Assembly (NCBI GenBank): GCA_036785375.1
Contig: JAWMAR010000622.1
Location: forward strand, 744,001-808,000
DNA from: Leucoraja ocellata
Taxonomy: Eukaryota
Direction: 5' to 3'
Length of the DNA: 64,000 bases
Below the pieces are notes generated by a model. It searched no databases, had not been told where the DNA came from, and saw only the letters and a program-made list of their open reading frames with translations. Positions within the stretch are counted from its first letter, which is position 1. Each line of letters starts with the position of its first letter. The translations under genes and the position numbers were made by a program. Shown here piece by piece: positions 13,103 through 25,500 of this stretch.

Positions 13103-13393
13103 CTTCATGGGCAGGACAGAGCTGTGTTAGATCCACGCTCCGCGTCTCCTCACTAACAGGGTTCCCCACGGTGCAGTTGTACACGCAGTTGTTGTTGGGT
13201 AGAGGTATGGAGAGTGCCAGCCTTCTCCCTTCGTCAGTCAGTATGTGCGACCCATCTGCCGTGACCTTGTCATCTCCAGACCACCAAGTGTAGACTGGCT
13301 CGGTGCCGTGCTCCAGTGAACACACCAAGCTAACGTTACACACCCCTTCGGTGAAGGCTTCACTGATATTTATTATAGGTAATGACACGCGTT
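13103..13393 (-). CDS. SLAM/CD2-like copy B IgC2 exon
   Basis: 291 nt open, AG/GT flanks, 3 aa differences from copy A. Confidence 0.88.
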
Positions 13394-15362
13394 CTGTTTC
13401 AAAGAAAAGCAGATTTTTTTAAAAGCACAGTATTTAATAAAAACATCGGTAGACTTGCTGCCTTGCAGCGACAGAGACTCTGATACGACCTTGACTACGG
13501 GTGCTGTCTGTACGGATTTTATGCCTTCTCCCAGTGACCGCGTAGGGTTTCTCCGGGTGCACCGGTTTTCTCCCACTCTCCAAAATCGTACAGGTTTGTA
13601 GGTTATTTAGCTTGGTATAATAGTAAAGTGTCCCTATTGTGTGTAGGGTAGTGTCAGTGCGCGGGGATCGCTGGTCCGTGAGGACTCGGTGGGCCCAAGG
13701 GCCTGTTTCCCGGCTGTATCTCTAAACTAAACTATGTTGCGGCTTCTCAGCGCCAGAGACCCGGGTTCTGTCCTGACCACGGCTACGGTCTGAACGGATT
13801 TTATTCGTTCTTCCCGTGACCGCGTGGGTTTACCCACAATCCAAAGTTTGTTAGATTCAAGAATGTACAGTTTATTTAAAAAAAAAAATAAGATTACCAT
13901 AAATCTTCAGTTCTGTCACTTGTTCGTGGAGAGCCAGATTCGTCCTTAAGTTCATTTCATATAAACCTTGATCGTGTTCTGTTAGGTTCTGTATTTCCAG
14001 ACTACAGTCCTTCAGGTTTAACCTGATTCCCTGTTTGTTATATTGTATTGGACTGTTTTGAGTTTTTGTACATAATTGAACCTTTCCTGTTGTTGGTGAA
14101 CTGCGGTAATCCCAAGCAAGGACTGACATGTTTTCTCCTGGGATACATCCTGGTAACGTGACTGACTGCCCCAGTGTCCCATTCACCAAGCGACGAGTGC
14201 CTGGTTTCCCCGCAGCCTGTCCCAGACCTGAAACACAAGGACAAGATATTAGTGCCATCAGCTCTGGGGTGTTGGTGTTCATAGTTTCCCAGCCCAGCAG
14301 TGAGTTGTCCCAACCCCAATGGACAAGGGCAGCAGGCACATGAGGTCCAACTACGTCGACCATCGATCCAACTAGGTTTGTTGATCCTGTTAACATCCGC
14401 AGCTTTCGCCCTGATGTCCCAGCACACGGCAGCGAAAAAGATGGCGCTGGCTACCACCGGTTGGTAGAACATCTGCAGCATCTGACTGTAGACGTTGAAG
14501 GAGCTGACCATTCTCAAACAGTACAGGCAGCCCCGTCCCTTCTTGTACATTGCCTCAGCGTTCCTGGACCGGTCCAGTTTACTGTCCAGGTACACTCCCA
14601 GGTAGTTGTACCCCTTGGAAAGGTCGANNNNNNNNNNNNNNNNNNNNNNNNNNNNNNNNNNNNNNNNNNNNNNNNNNNNNNNNNNNNNNNNNNNNNNNNN
14701 NNNNNNNNNNNNNNNNNNNNNNNNNNNNNNNNNNNNNNNNNNNNNNNNNNNNNNNNNNNNNNNNNNNNNNNNNNNNNNNNNNNNNNNNNNNNNNNNNNNN
14801 NNNNNNNNNNNNNNNNNNNNNNNNNNNNNNACTCAGCCCACCAAGCCCACGCCAATCATCGATCACCTGATCATACAAGTTCTATATAATTCCATATTCG
14901 CATCCGCTCCATACGCACTGCGGGCAATTAACCTTCAACCCTACACGTCTTGGGGCTATGGGGGTGGGGGTGGGGGGGGGGGGGGGGGGTGGACTAGGGC
15001 ACCACGTGGTTTGTTTTACACCGAGAGTAATGGGTGTCTGGAAAGCGCTGCTAGAAATGACGGTGGAGGGCAGGTACAATAGTGGGGTGTTTGCCTTTTA
15101 GAAAAACACATGTATATACAAGGAATACATAGATATGGATTGTGTGCGGCAGAGTAGTTTACATTAACTTGGCATCATGTTTGACATGGACGTTGTGGGC
15201 TGAATGGCCTGTTCATGTGCTGTACTGTTCTATGTAGCCACCTTCTTCCAACCTACCGCCACACCCACCCCGAGCTCAAGGCATGGACTCACCTCCAGAG
15301 TCGTTCAACAGCAGCCAAAGTATCCCGATGAGGGAGTGAATCCCAGGGACTCTCCTGTCCAT
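13103..15362 (-). CDS. CD2/SLAM-family gene copy B (leader-IgV-IgC2, TM exon deleted); exons 15293-15362, 13898-14227, 13103-13393, possible read-through to stop 13059
   Basis: All three exons open with splice sites matching copy A; no TM exon in unit B. Confidence 0.8.
13898..14227 (-). CDS. SLAM/CD2-like copy B IgV exon
   Basis: 330 nt open, AG/GT flanks, 8 aa differences from copy A. Confidence 0.88.
15293..15362 (-). CDS. SLAM/CD2-like copy B leader exon
   Basis: MDRRVPGIHSLIGILWLLLNDSGG, donor GTGAGT. Confidence 0.8.
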
Positions 15363-18300
15363 GACTTCTCTGAAGAGCAGGTTGTTATTGAGATACAAAA
15401 GACTGCAGATACTGGAATCTGTAGCAAGAAATACATAACTTGTTGGAGGATCTCAGCAGTTCGAGCAGCGTTTGTGGAGGCAAAGACATGCTGGACAAGA
15501 TCCGCATCAGAACTCAGAGGCCAGAGGAAAGATAATTAATGTTCATAAGTCATAGGAGCAGAATTAGGCCATTCAGCCCATCGAGTCTACTCCCCCATTC
15601 ACTTGGCTGATGTATCTTTCCCTCTCAAGACCGGTCTCCTGCCTTCTCCCCATAACCCCTGACACCCGCACTCTGATCCTAGACTCTCCCACTCGTGAAA
15701 ACATCCCCTCCACATCCACACAATCAAGGTCTTTCACTATCCATTAAGTTTCAGTGAAATACCCCCTCATCCTTCTAAACTGCAGCGAGTACAGGCCCAA
15801 TGCCACCAAACGCTATCATATGTCGACCCACTCATCCCCGGGATCATTCTATTAAAATATCTTTTAAATGCTGTTATGTCTGAACTCAAATGTATGAATC
15901 CTTTTCATGGAATCCAACCATTCATTTCAACCAACCAACGAACAATTCATGTTTCTTGCTCCCTCAGTATCATCTCAAGAGTCAAGAGCCAAGTGCGTTT
16001 TACCGTCATATGCCCCAGATGGAACAATGAAAGTCTTACTTGCAGCAGCATTAGGCTTGTAAATATAGTANNNNNNNNNNNNNNNNNNNNNNNNNNNNNN
16101 NNNNNNNNNNNNNNNNNNNNNNNNNNNNNNNNNNNNNNNNNNNNNNNNNNNNNNNNNNNNNNNNNNNNNNNNNNNNNNNNNNNNNNNNNNNNNNNNNNNN
16201 NNNNNNNNNNNNNNNNNTTGTTATTGTTAGTTTTTATGTACATNNNNNNNNNNNNNNNNNNNNNNNNNNNNNNNNNNNNNNNNNNNNNNNNNNNNNNNNN
16301 NNNNNNNNNNNNNNNNNNNNNNNNNNNNNNNNNNNNNNNNNNNNNNNNNNNNNNNNNNNNNNNNNNNNNNNNNNNNNNNNNNNNNNNNNNNNNNNNNNNN
16401 NNNNNNNNNNNNNNNNNNNNNNNNNNNNNNNNNNNNNNNNNNNNNNNNNNNNNNNNNNNNNNNNNNNNNNNNNNNNNNNNNNNNNNNNNNNNNNNNNNNN
16501 NNNNNNNNNNNNNNNNNNNNNNNNNNNNNNNNNNNATGCTGGTTTATACCGAATATAGACACAAAATGCTATATTCAGCGGGAGTCTGCAGAAGGGGCTC
16601 GACCCGTAACGTCACCCATTCCTTATCTCCAGAGATGCTGCCTGTTCCGCTGAGTTACTCCAGCATTATGTGTCTATCTTATTTTTTATATTTAGAAATA
16701 TATTCGCGCACGTACGCACTTAATAGGCTTATATGTACATAGAAACAAACAATAATAATACAATAATAACAATAATAGTTTAGTTTAGTTTGGAGATACA
16801 GCACGGAAACAGGCCCTTCGGCCCACCGAGTCCACGCCGACCAGCGATCCCCACACACTAACACTATCCTACACACACGATGGGCAATTTACAATTTTAC
16901 CGAAGCGAATTAACCTACAAATCTGTATGCCTTTGGAATGTGGGAGGGAACCGGGGCACGCGGGGAAAGCCCACGCAGGGCACGGAGGGAGAACTTACAA
17001 ACTCCGTAAAGACAGCACCCGTAGTCAGAATCGAACCCGGTCTCTAGCGTTCCATGTCTATGTAGTTCAGAGCTTATTTGGAGGTTGTCGAAGTGCTTCA
17101 TGGTCTGATGGGAATCTGGGAATGGAGCCGATCAAGTTAATAGTCCAATGACGTGGCGGTGTAAGTTCAATGCTCGCTACAGTGGCTGTAGAATTTAAAC
17201 TCAAATTCAGAACTTGGAGAATCAGCAAGTGGTTTTAATAATAGCCATAACCACAACCGTCGCAGTAGAGACAGGAACTGGGTCAACGTATTTGTTTGGT
17301 TTAATTTACAGAAAATAAGTCCTTCGACCCAACGTAACCACGTCTATCATCGATCACCCGTTCACGCTAGTCCATAAGTCCATACATTCTACAAGCAGAA
17401 TTATGCCATTAGGCCCATCAAGTCTACCTCGCCATGATAAATATTTCCCTCTCAATAGCATTTTCCTGCCTTCGTCCCATAACCAAGAATCAACGAATCT
17501 CCACCTTAAAACGGCCTCCACAGCCATCTCAGACTAAATACATCTCTTCTCATCTCCTTCCTAAATGAACGAACTTGTATTCTGAGGCGGTGACCTCTGG
17601 TCCTAGACTCTTCCACCAGTGGGAACATCCTCTCCACATCCACTCTATCCAGGCCTTTCACTGTTCGGTAAGTCTCAATGAGGTTCACCCCTCCCTCATC
17701 CTTCCAAACTCGAGCAAGTACAGGCCCAGTGCCTTCAAATGCTAGTTCTGTGTTATCCGACTTCCACCCCACCCCGTACACAGTAGGGGCAATTTACTGA
17801 GGGGCAATTAACCTACAATGGTGTAACCAGAGCACCCGGAGGAAACCTACCCACTAACTTGCAAACTCCACAGAGACAGTACCCGAGGTCAGAATCGAAC
17901 TCCGTTATCTGATGCCCTGAGGTAGCGGCTCTACCACTGCACCACCCTTAAATTTAAATAACTTTGTTCTAGCGATCAGAAAAGCTTGTTTAATATATAA
18001 GATGCAAAAATCAATCATTGTTTTTTTGTATGTCAGCAATCTGAATCTTAAAAACGAGACTGTTACATGTTTCAGACGTTCAATATTACAAAAGAATCAT
18101 CGTTTAACAAATGAAACGTGTTAATTAATTTAGCTGGCTAGACCCTTAAAAAGTTTAAGTTTTCTAGGATCTGCCGTGTAAAAACCCCAATATATTTATG
18201 AAAAGAAAAAAATAAATATATACAAAATATTCTTTATAAGAAATATATATGTATATCTACGTTCAATAGCGGCTTAACCAGTGGTGTTAGTACCTGTCAC

Positions 18301-19387
18301 GATATTCGCCAACATCAATGTGCTTCGAACAAAACAAGCCACTAATATATAAACTGCCCTGTTCAGTTTAGGTCAGATATACAGCGCGGAAACAGGCATT
18401 TCGGCCCAACCGACCAGCGATCCCCGCATATTGACACTATCCTATACATACTAGGGGCAATTTCCACATACAAACCTGTGTGTGGGAGTTAACTGAATAA
18501 CTCGGAGATAACTCACGGGAAAATGTACAAGCTCCATACAGACAGCACCCGTGTTCAGGGATCAAACCCTGGTCTCTGGTGCTGTGAGGCAGCAACTCTA
18601 CCGCTGCACCACCGTGCCTTCCTCAGCACTCAGCGTGATCAAGCAGCATCTGTGAAGGTGAACGGCCACGATTCGGGACTGCGTTGAGGAATTCATGGAG
18701 TGGGGGTGGGTGATAAAGCAGCGGGAAGGAGATTGGTTGAATCAAGCGGGGGAGGGGGCAGGCTTCAGACTGTAGGGACCGGAAGATGGACACACAATGC
18801 TGGAGTAGGAGCGGCGGTATATCTGGAGAGAAGGAAGGGGCGACGTTTCGCATCGAGACAGCCCCCCCCCCCCCCCCCCCCACAAGTCGGCGCCGACCAG
18901 CGTTCACCCCGTACTCCAACACCCCGGACACCTTTACATTTCTTTTTCCAAAATAGGTTCCGTGCGGTTCCCGGAGGTTGCAGGTGGTTGCCGGGGGTTG
19001 CAGGTAGTGGAAGCAGGTAGTGAGACTGACAAAAACCTCCAGGAACCGCACGGAAACCTTGGGTGGAGCGCAAAGTCTCCAGAGGTTTCCGTTCAGCTTT
19101 CCTAAGTGGGACAGGGGCATAAATCTCCAAACGCGGTCGTCTTTGGAATGTTGGAGTGCGGGAAACCGGAGCACCCAGAGAAAACCCACTCAATCACAGG
19201 GAAAACGGGTAAACTCCACACAGACAGCAGCCGAGGTCAGGATCGAACCCGGGTCTCTGCCGCTGTAACACTACCGCTGCACTGGAAAAGGTTAACAGAG
19301 ACATTTGTATGTGTTCCGTCTCTAATTGGAGGTGCGATGTGGGTGGGGAAAGGAGCACGGCCCATTTAAATTCCAATTCACACCCAT

Positions 19388-19420
19388 CCCCGACGTCAAA
19401 ATTATTTATATATTGTATAT
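19388..19420 (+). promoter_or_regulatory. Candidate promoter of the ITIM gene (CRE-like CGACGTCA plus TATA-like TTTATATAT)
   Basis: Motifs ~110-135 nt upstream of ATG 19527 in non-repeat DNA; motif match only. Confidence 0.3.
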
Positions 19421-19526
19421 CTGTCGGCAACTGGACACGAATATCAAGAGAGAGACCCGCCGGATCAACTCATCTTGACGCCGGAGACAGTGAGCCTGAA
19501 TTGGCATTGGGTTTGGACAGCAGAAC

Positions 19527-19554
19527 ATGCTTCCCGTGTGCCTTGTAATACTGA
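19527..19554 (+). CDS. ITIM gene exon 1 (signal peptide start)
   Basis: AACATGC start, MLPVCLVIL, consensus donor A|GTAAGT. Confidence 0.7.
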
Positions 19555-22500
19555 GTAAGTACCATGACGGATGGAGGGGAGGAGTTTTTTTTTTTAATTT
19601 TGGGAGAAGGTGAGATGTAGGTTTACGTTGGGTAGGGGGGGGGGGTGGAGAAGATATTTAATAGGAACCTGAGGGACAACCTTTTAACACAAAGTATGGT
19701 AGGTGTATGGAACGAACTGCCGGGGGAGATAGGTATAATTCCAATGTTTAAAAAACATTTAAATAGATACATGGATAGAAACATATAAACATAGACAATA
19801 GGTGCAGGAGTAGGCCATTCGGCCCTTCGAGCCTGCACCGCCATTCAAAATGATAATGATTGATCATCCAACTCAGTATCCCGTACCTGCCTTCTCTACA
19901 TACCCACTGATCCCTTTAGCCACAAGGGCCACATCCAACTCCCTCTTAAATATAGCCAATGAACTGGCCTCGACTACCTTCTGTGGCAGAGAATTCCACA
20001 GATTCACCACTCTCTGTGTAAAAAATGATTTTCCCATCTCGGTCCTAAAAGATTTCCCCCTTATCCTTAAACTGTGACCTCTTGTTCTGGACTTCCCCAA
20101 CATCGGGAACAATCTTCCTGCATCTAGCCTGTCCAACCCCTTAAGAATTTTGTAAGTTTCTATAAGATCCCCCCTCAATCTTCTAAATTCTAGCGAGTGC
20201 AAGCCGAGTCTATCCAGTCTTTCTTCATGTGAAAGTCCTGACATCCCAGGAATCAGTCTGGTGAACCTTCTCTGTACTCCCTCTATGGCAAGAATGTTTT
20301 TCCTCAGATTAGGAGACCAAAACTGTACGCTATACTCCAGGTGTGGTCTCACCAAGACCCTGTTCAACTGCAGTAGAACCTCCCTGCTCTTATACTCAAA
20401 TCCTTTTGCTATGAATGCTAACATACCATTCGCTTTCTTCACTGCCTGCTGCACCTGCATGCCTACTTTCAATGACGGGTGTACCATGACACCCAGGTCT
20501 CGTTGCATCTCCCCTTTTCCTAATCGGCCACCATTCAGATAATAGGATAGGTTCAGAGGGACATTGGCCAAACGCAAACAGGTGGGACTAATGTAGATGG
20601 GGCAAGTTGGTCGGCGTGGTCAATTAGGGCCTTTTCCACGCTGTGTGATTATATGACTGTGACTTCATGCTGGAATATTTACCGAAAAACAAAGTGCGAG
20701 ATGTTTTGTTCGGTTTAGTTTAGGGGTACAGGAAACAGGCTCTTCGGCCCACTGAGTCCGTACTGACCAGCGATCCCCGCACCATTAACCCAAGCCTGCA
20801 CGCTCAAAGGACAATATGTTTTGTTTACACCAAGTATACAAACTCTAGCCAATTAATCCTCAAACTTGCGCGTCTTTGGAGCGTGCGAAGAAACATAGAA
20901 TTTCGGTGAAAATCCACGCGGTCACTGGTACAACGTAAAACTCCTACAGAGAGCACCAGTAGTGAGGATCAAACCTGGGTCTCTGGCGCTGCGAGGCAAC
21001 AACTCTACCGCTGCGCCACCGTGCTGCCCAGATCGGGCCCCTAGTGCAGACAGTGGCTTAAATTGCATGACTTCCCTGGGCCACGTGTAACACGGTCGAG
21101 AGGCCAACTCTTAAAGGTGCAGGTCATCTCCTACATTGATTACAACGGGTGTCAATGGCTATGGAAAGAAGGCATGAAATTGGATCAGCGGGGAGAGATC
21201 TGCCATGACTAAATGGCGGAGTGGACTCGATGGGCCGAATGGCCTAATTCTACTCCAATAAAGCGTGAACGTGTGACAACCCCACTTAGCCGAAATGCCA
21301 TCGTTCTGTATCACAAGGTAATGGAGAAACCCTCTACTTAACTAAACATAATTTGAAAACAAAATCAAATTGCAGATTCGTCAGCATTTACAGCAGGATT
21401 CCGCGCTGGTGTGATTGACCTGTTGACGTTTCTGCTTAAATAAATTAATTGATTCAAATTATATATATATATTTGTTTCCCCCCCCCCCCTTTTTTTCTT
21501 CTTCTTTTTATACTTTATTTATTTATTTGTTTTTAAGTTTCGCAGCTGCCCCGCTGCATGTATTAGAAACGGTAAATTGCCGTAAAATACGTGCTACCGA
21601 CCGGGGACTATTCCCCACTAGCTTTCACGCGTTTGCAAACTTGTACGGAGAGGTGTCACAACTTCTAATATTTACAACAAAAAAACTAGTGCTAGTTTGA
21701 GGAAGAATCAGCAAGGATGAACGGCCTGTGAGTTTCNNNNNNNNNNNNNNNNNNNNNNNNNNNNNNNNNNNNNNNNNNNNNNNNNNNNNNNNNNNNNNNN
21801 NNNNNNNNNNNNNNNNNNNNNNNNNNNNNNNNNNNNNNNNNNNNNNNNNNNNNNNNNNNNNNNNNNNNNNNNNNNNNNNNNNNNNNNNNNNNNNNNNNNN
21901 NNNNNNNTACGGTGATGCCTTTTTTTCAGGTGCCAAATATATGTTGGCGTGTTACATTCTATGTATAGCTTCATTTTTTTTTAAATATTTATATTTATAA
22001 ATTATATTTTTAAAAGACTTGAAATGCACTTTAATTTCAGTCGGCCGTGTGTCTTGGGAACCACTCCTTTAAAGACTACGAGAGGGAAATTAAACTTCTC
22101 TTAAACTTCAAAAGGATTTGAGTATAGGAGCAGGGAGGTTCTACTGCAGTTGTACAGGGTCTTGGTAAGACCACACCTGGAGTATTGCGTACAGTTTTGG
22201 TCTCCTAATCTGAGGAAAGGCATTCTTGCCCTAGAGGGAGTACAGAGAAGGTTCACCAGACTGATTCCTGGGATGGCAGGACTTTCATATGAAGAAAGAC
22301 TGGATAGACTCGGCTTGTACTTGCTAGAATTTAGAAGATTGAGGGAGAAATTATAGAAACTTACAAAATTCTTAAGGGGTTGGACAGGCTAGATGCATGA
22401 AGATTGTTCCCGATGTTGGGGAAGTCCAGAACAAGGGGTCACAGTTTAAGGATATGGGGAAATCTTTTAGGACCGAGATGAGGAAAATATTTTTCACACA

Positions 22501-25500
22501 TAGAGTGGTGAATCTGTGGAATTCTCTGCCGCAGAAGGTAGTTGAGGCCAGTTCGTTGGCTATATTTAAGAGGGAGTTAGATGTGGCCCTTGTGGCTCAA
22601 GGGATCAGGGGGTATGGAGAGAAGGCAGTTACAGGATACTGAGTTAGATGATCAGCCATGATCATATTGAATGGCGGTGCAGGCTCGAAGGGCCGAATGG
22701 CCTACTCCTGCACCTATTTTCTATGTTCTATGTTTCCCGATTATTGCGCATGTTTGGGAAATTGCTGTTTTATCGGACGTTTAGAAACCACGGTTTTCTT
22801 TACACAGATTCTGCCCGCACATATAACATCGAACACTGAACAATGTAATGTAGGAAGGAACTGTAGATGCTTACACCTTAGAGAGAGAGAGAGAAAAAAA
22901 AATGCTGGAGTAACTCAGCGGGACAGGCAGCGTCTCTGGAGAGAAGGAACGGGTGATGTTTCGGGTCGAGACCCTTCTTGGCTGAGGAAGCAAAAAACAA
23001 ACTGATGGAGAAATGTCCCTCCTCAGATGGTGGCTGACCCGCTGAGTCCCTCTAGTACGTTGTGTTCTTGCTCAAAAATCCGGCATCTGCAGTCATTTGT
23101 GTTTCCATTTTACAGTGGAAACAAAGACAAGGAGGTGCTGGTTAATGCACAAAATGGCCCAAACTGCTGGAGTAACTCAGCGCGGGTCAGGCAGAATCCT
23201 TGGAGAACGTGAATAGGTGATGGTTCGGGTCGAGGCCCCTCTTGAGACCCGACCCGAAACGTCACCTATCCATTTTCTCCCGGGAACATGCCTGACCCCT
23301 GAGTTACTCCAGCACTTTGTGTCCTTCGACGATAGACACATTAATGCTGGAGTAACTCAGCGGGACGGGCAGCATTTCCTGAGAGAAGGGCGAATGGATG
23401 ATGTGTCGGGGGTCGAGACCCTTCTTCAGATCCGAAACGTCGTCCATTCCTTCTCTCCAGAGATGCTGCTGTCCCGCTGAATTGCTCCAGCCTTCTGCGT
23501 CTGCTGAACAATAAAGCATAGGAGCAGCCCTTCGGCCCATACTTTCCATGCCGTACATGATGCCAAGATAAATTAATACCCTCTACATGTTGATGGTCCA
23601 TGCCCAAAGAGCGGTGAAAATATGGAACTGCCTCCTGCGGAAAGGAGCTGAGAATAAGTTACTTTAGTTTAGTTTAGTTTAGTTTAGTTTAGTTTAGTTT
23701 AGTTTAGTTTAGTTTAGTTTAGTTTGGAGATACAGCGCGACCGAGTCCTTACCGACCGGCGACTGGGCGAACCCACACATTGCCACTATCCAACAAACAC
23801 TAAGGACAATTTTACAATTTTACCGAAGCCAATTAAACCTGAGGTACGAAGCCTTTAAACCTGAGGTACACAAAAATGCTGGCGAAACTCAGCGGGTGCA
23901 GCAGCATCTATGGAGCGAAGGAAATAGGCAACGTTTCGGCCCGAAACGTTGTCTATTTCCTTCGCTCCATAGATGCTGCTGCACCCGCTGAGTGTCTCTA
24001 GCATTTTTGTCTACCTTCGATTTTCCAGCATCTGCAGTTCCTTCTTAAACCTTTAAACCTGTACGTTTTGGGTATTCAAAGATGCCTGCACGTTTTTTTT
24101 GGAATGTGGGAGGAAAGCGGAGAACCCGGAGAAAACCCATACAGGTCACGGGGAGAATGTACAAACTCCGTACAGACAGTACCCCGTAGTCAGAATCTAA
24201 CCCGGGTCTCTGGTGCTGTGAGGCAGAAACTGTGCCGTTAATATTCGCTGGTGGTTACTGGATACTGGAAAATAGGGATTAAGCCCTTAACATTTTACTG
24301 TGTTGGTGAGATAATATTAATCTATTTGTAGTCGCTTGAGCTGAACATGGCGTTGAATTTCCCCTCGTATTTTCACCTGACTTTTGTTTAGCATTTGGTG
24401 TCCGGGTGATATCGGCGCCGACGGATGAAATGGTGACAGCTAGCGGAGCGAGAACGGCGACGGAGACCACAGTTATGAATGAGCCCATAACCGATACATC
24501 GTGGAACAGTCTGACCAAATCCACAGGTAGAAACTAGTGGGAGAGTCTAGGACAAGAGGTCATAGTCTCAGAATTAAAGGACGTTCTTGCCATAGAGGGA
24601 GTATAGAGAAGTTTCACCAGACTAATTCCTGGGATGGCAGGACTTTCATATGAAGAAAGACTGGATAGACTCGGCTTGCACACGCTAGAATTCAGAAGAT
24701 TGAGGGGGGATTTTATAGAAACTTACAAAATTCTTAAGGGGTTGGACAGGCTAGATGCAGGAAGATTATTCCCGATGTTGGGGAAGTCCAGAACTATGGG
24801 TCACAGTTTAAGGATAAGAGGGAAGTCTTTTAGGACCGAGATGAGAAAAACATTTTTTACACAGTGAGTGGGAATCTGTGGAATTCTCTGCCACAGAAGG
24901 TAGTTGAGGCCAGTTCATTGGCTATATTTAAGAGGGAGTTAGATGTGGCCCTTGTGGCTAAAGGGATCAGGGGGTATGGAGAGAAGGCATGGATGAGATA
25001 CTGAGTTGGATGATCAGCCATAATCATATCGAATGGCGGTGCAGGCTCGAATGGCCTACTCCTGCACCTATTTTCTATGTTTCCTTTAAGAAGGAGAAAG
25101 AGTTCTATAGCATTGGGTAATACAATGTGGAAACAGGCCCTTCGGCTCAACTTACCAACATCGGCCAACATGCCCCAGCTATACTAGTCCTACCTGCCTG
25201 CGCTTGCTCCATATCCCTCCAAACATGTCCTATCCATGTACCTGTCTAACAGTTTCTGAAACATTAGGATGGTCCCAGCCTCAACTTCCTCCTCTGGCAG
25301 CTTGTTCCATACACCCACCACCCTTTGCGTGAAAATGTTACCCCTCAGATTCCTATTAAATATTTTCCCCTTCACCTTGAACCTATGTCCTCTGTCCTCG
25401 ATTCCCCTACTCTGGGCAAGAGACTCTGTACATCTACCCGATCTATTCCTCTCATGATTTTATACACATCAATAAGATCACCCCTCATCTTCCAGCTCTC

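Larger units (their letters stand above)
10971..19266. repeat. Tandem segmental duplication, unit B
   Basis: Copy of unit A lacking A's ~3272-4049 segment (TM exon) and A's CR1 insertion 7543-8013. Confidence 0.93.

Noticed and set aside
21546-21571. Possible 26-nt mini-exon (CAG|CTGCCCCG...ACG|GTAAAT) in intron 1 of the ITIM gene
   Set aside because: Phase 1 to 0 is incompatible with the phase-1 exon 2 and would frameshift; exons 1 and 2 alone give a clean signal peptide
22900-23500. Clustered short palindromic repeats resembling a CRISPR array
   Set aside because: Eukaryotic context, mixed orientations, no regular spacers and no cas genes; these are Penelope-derived fragments
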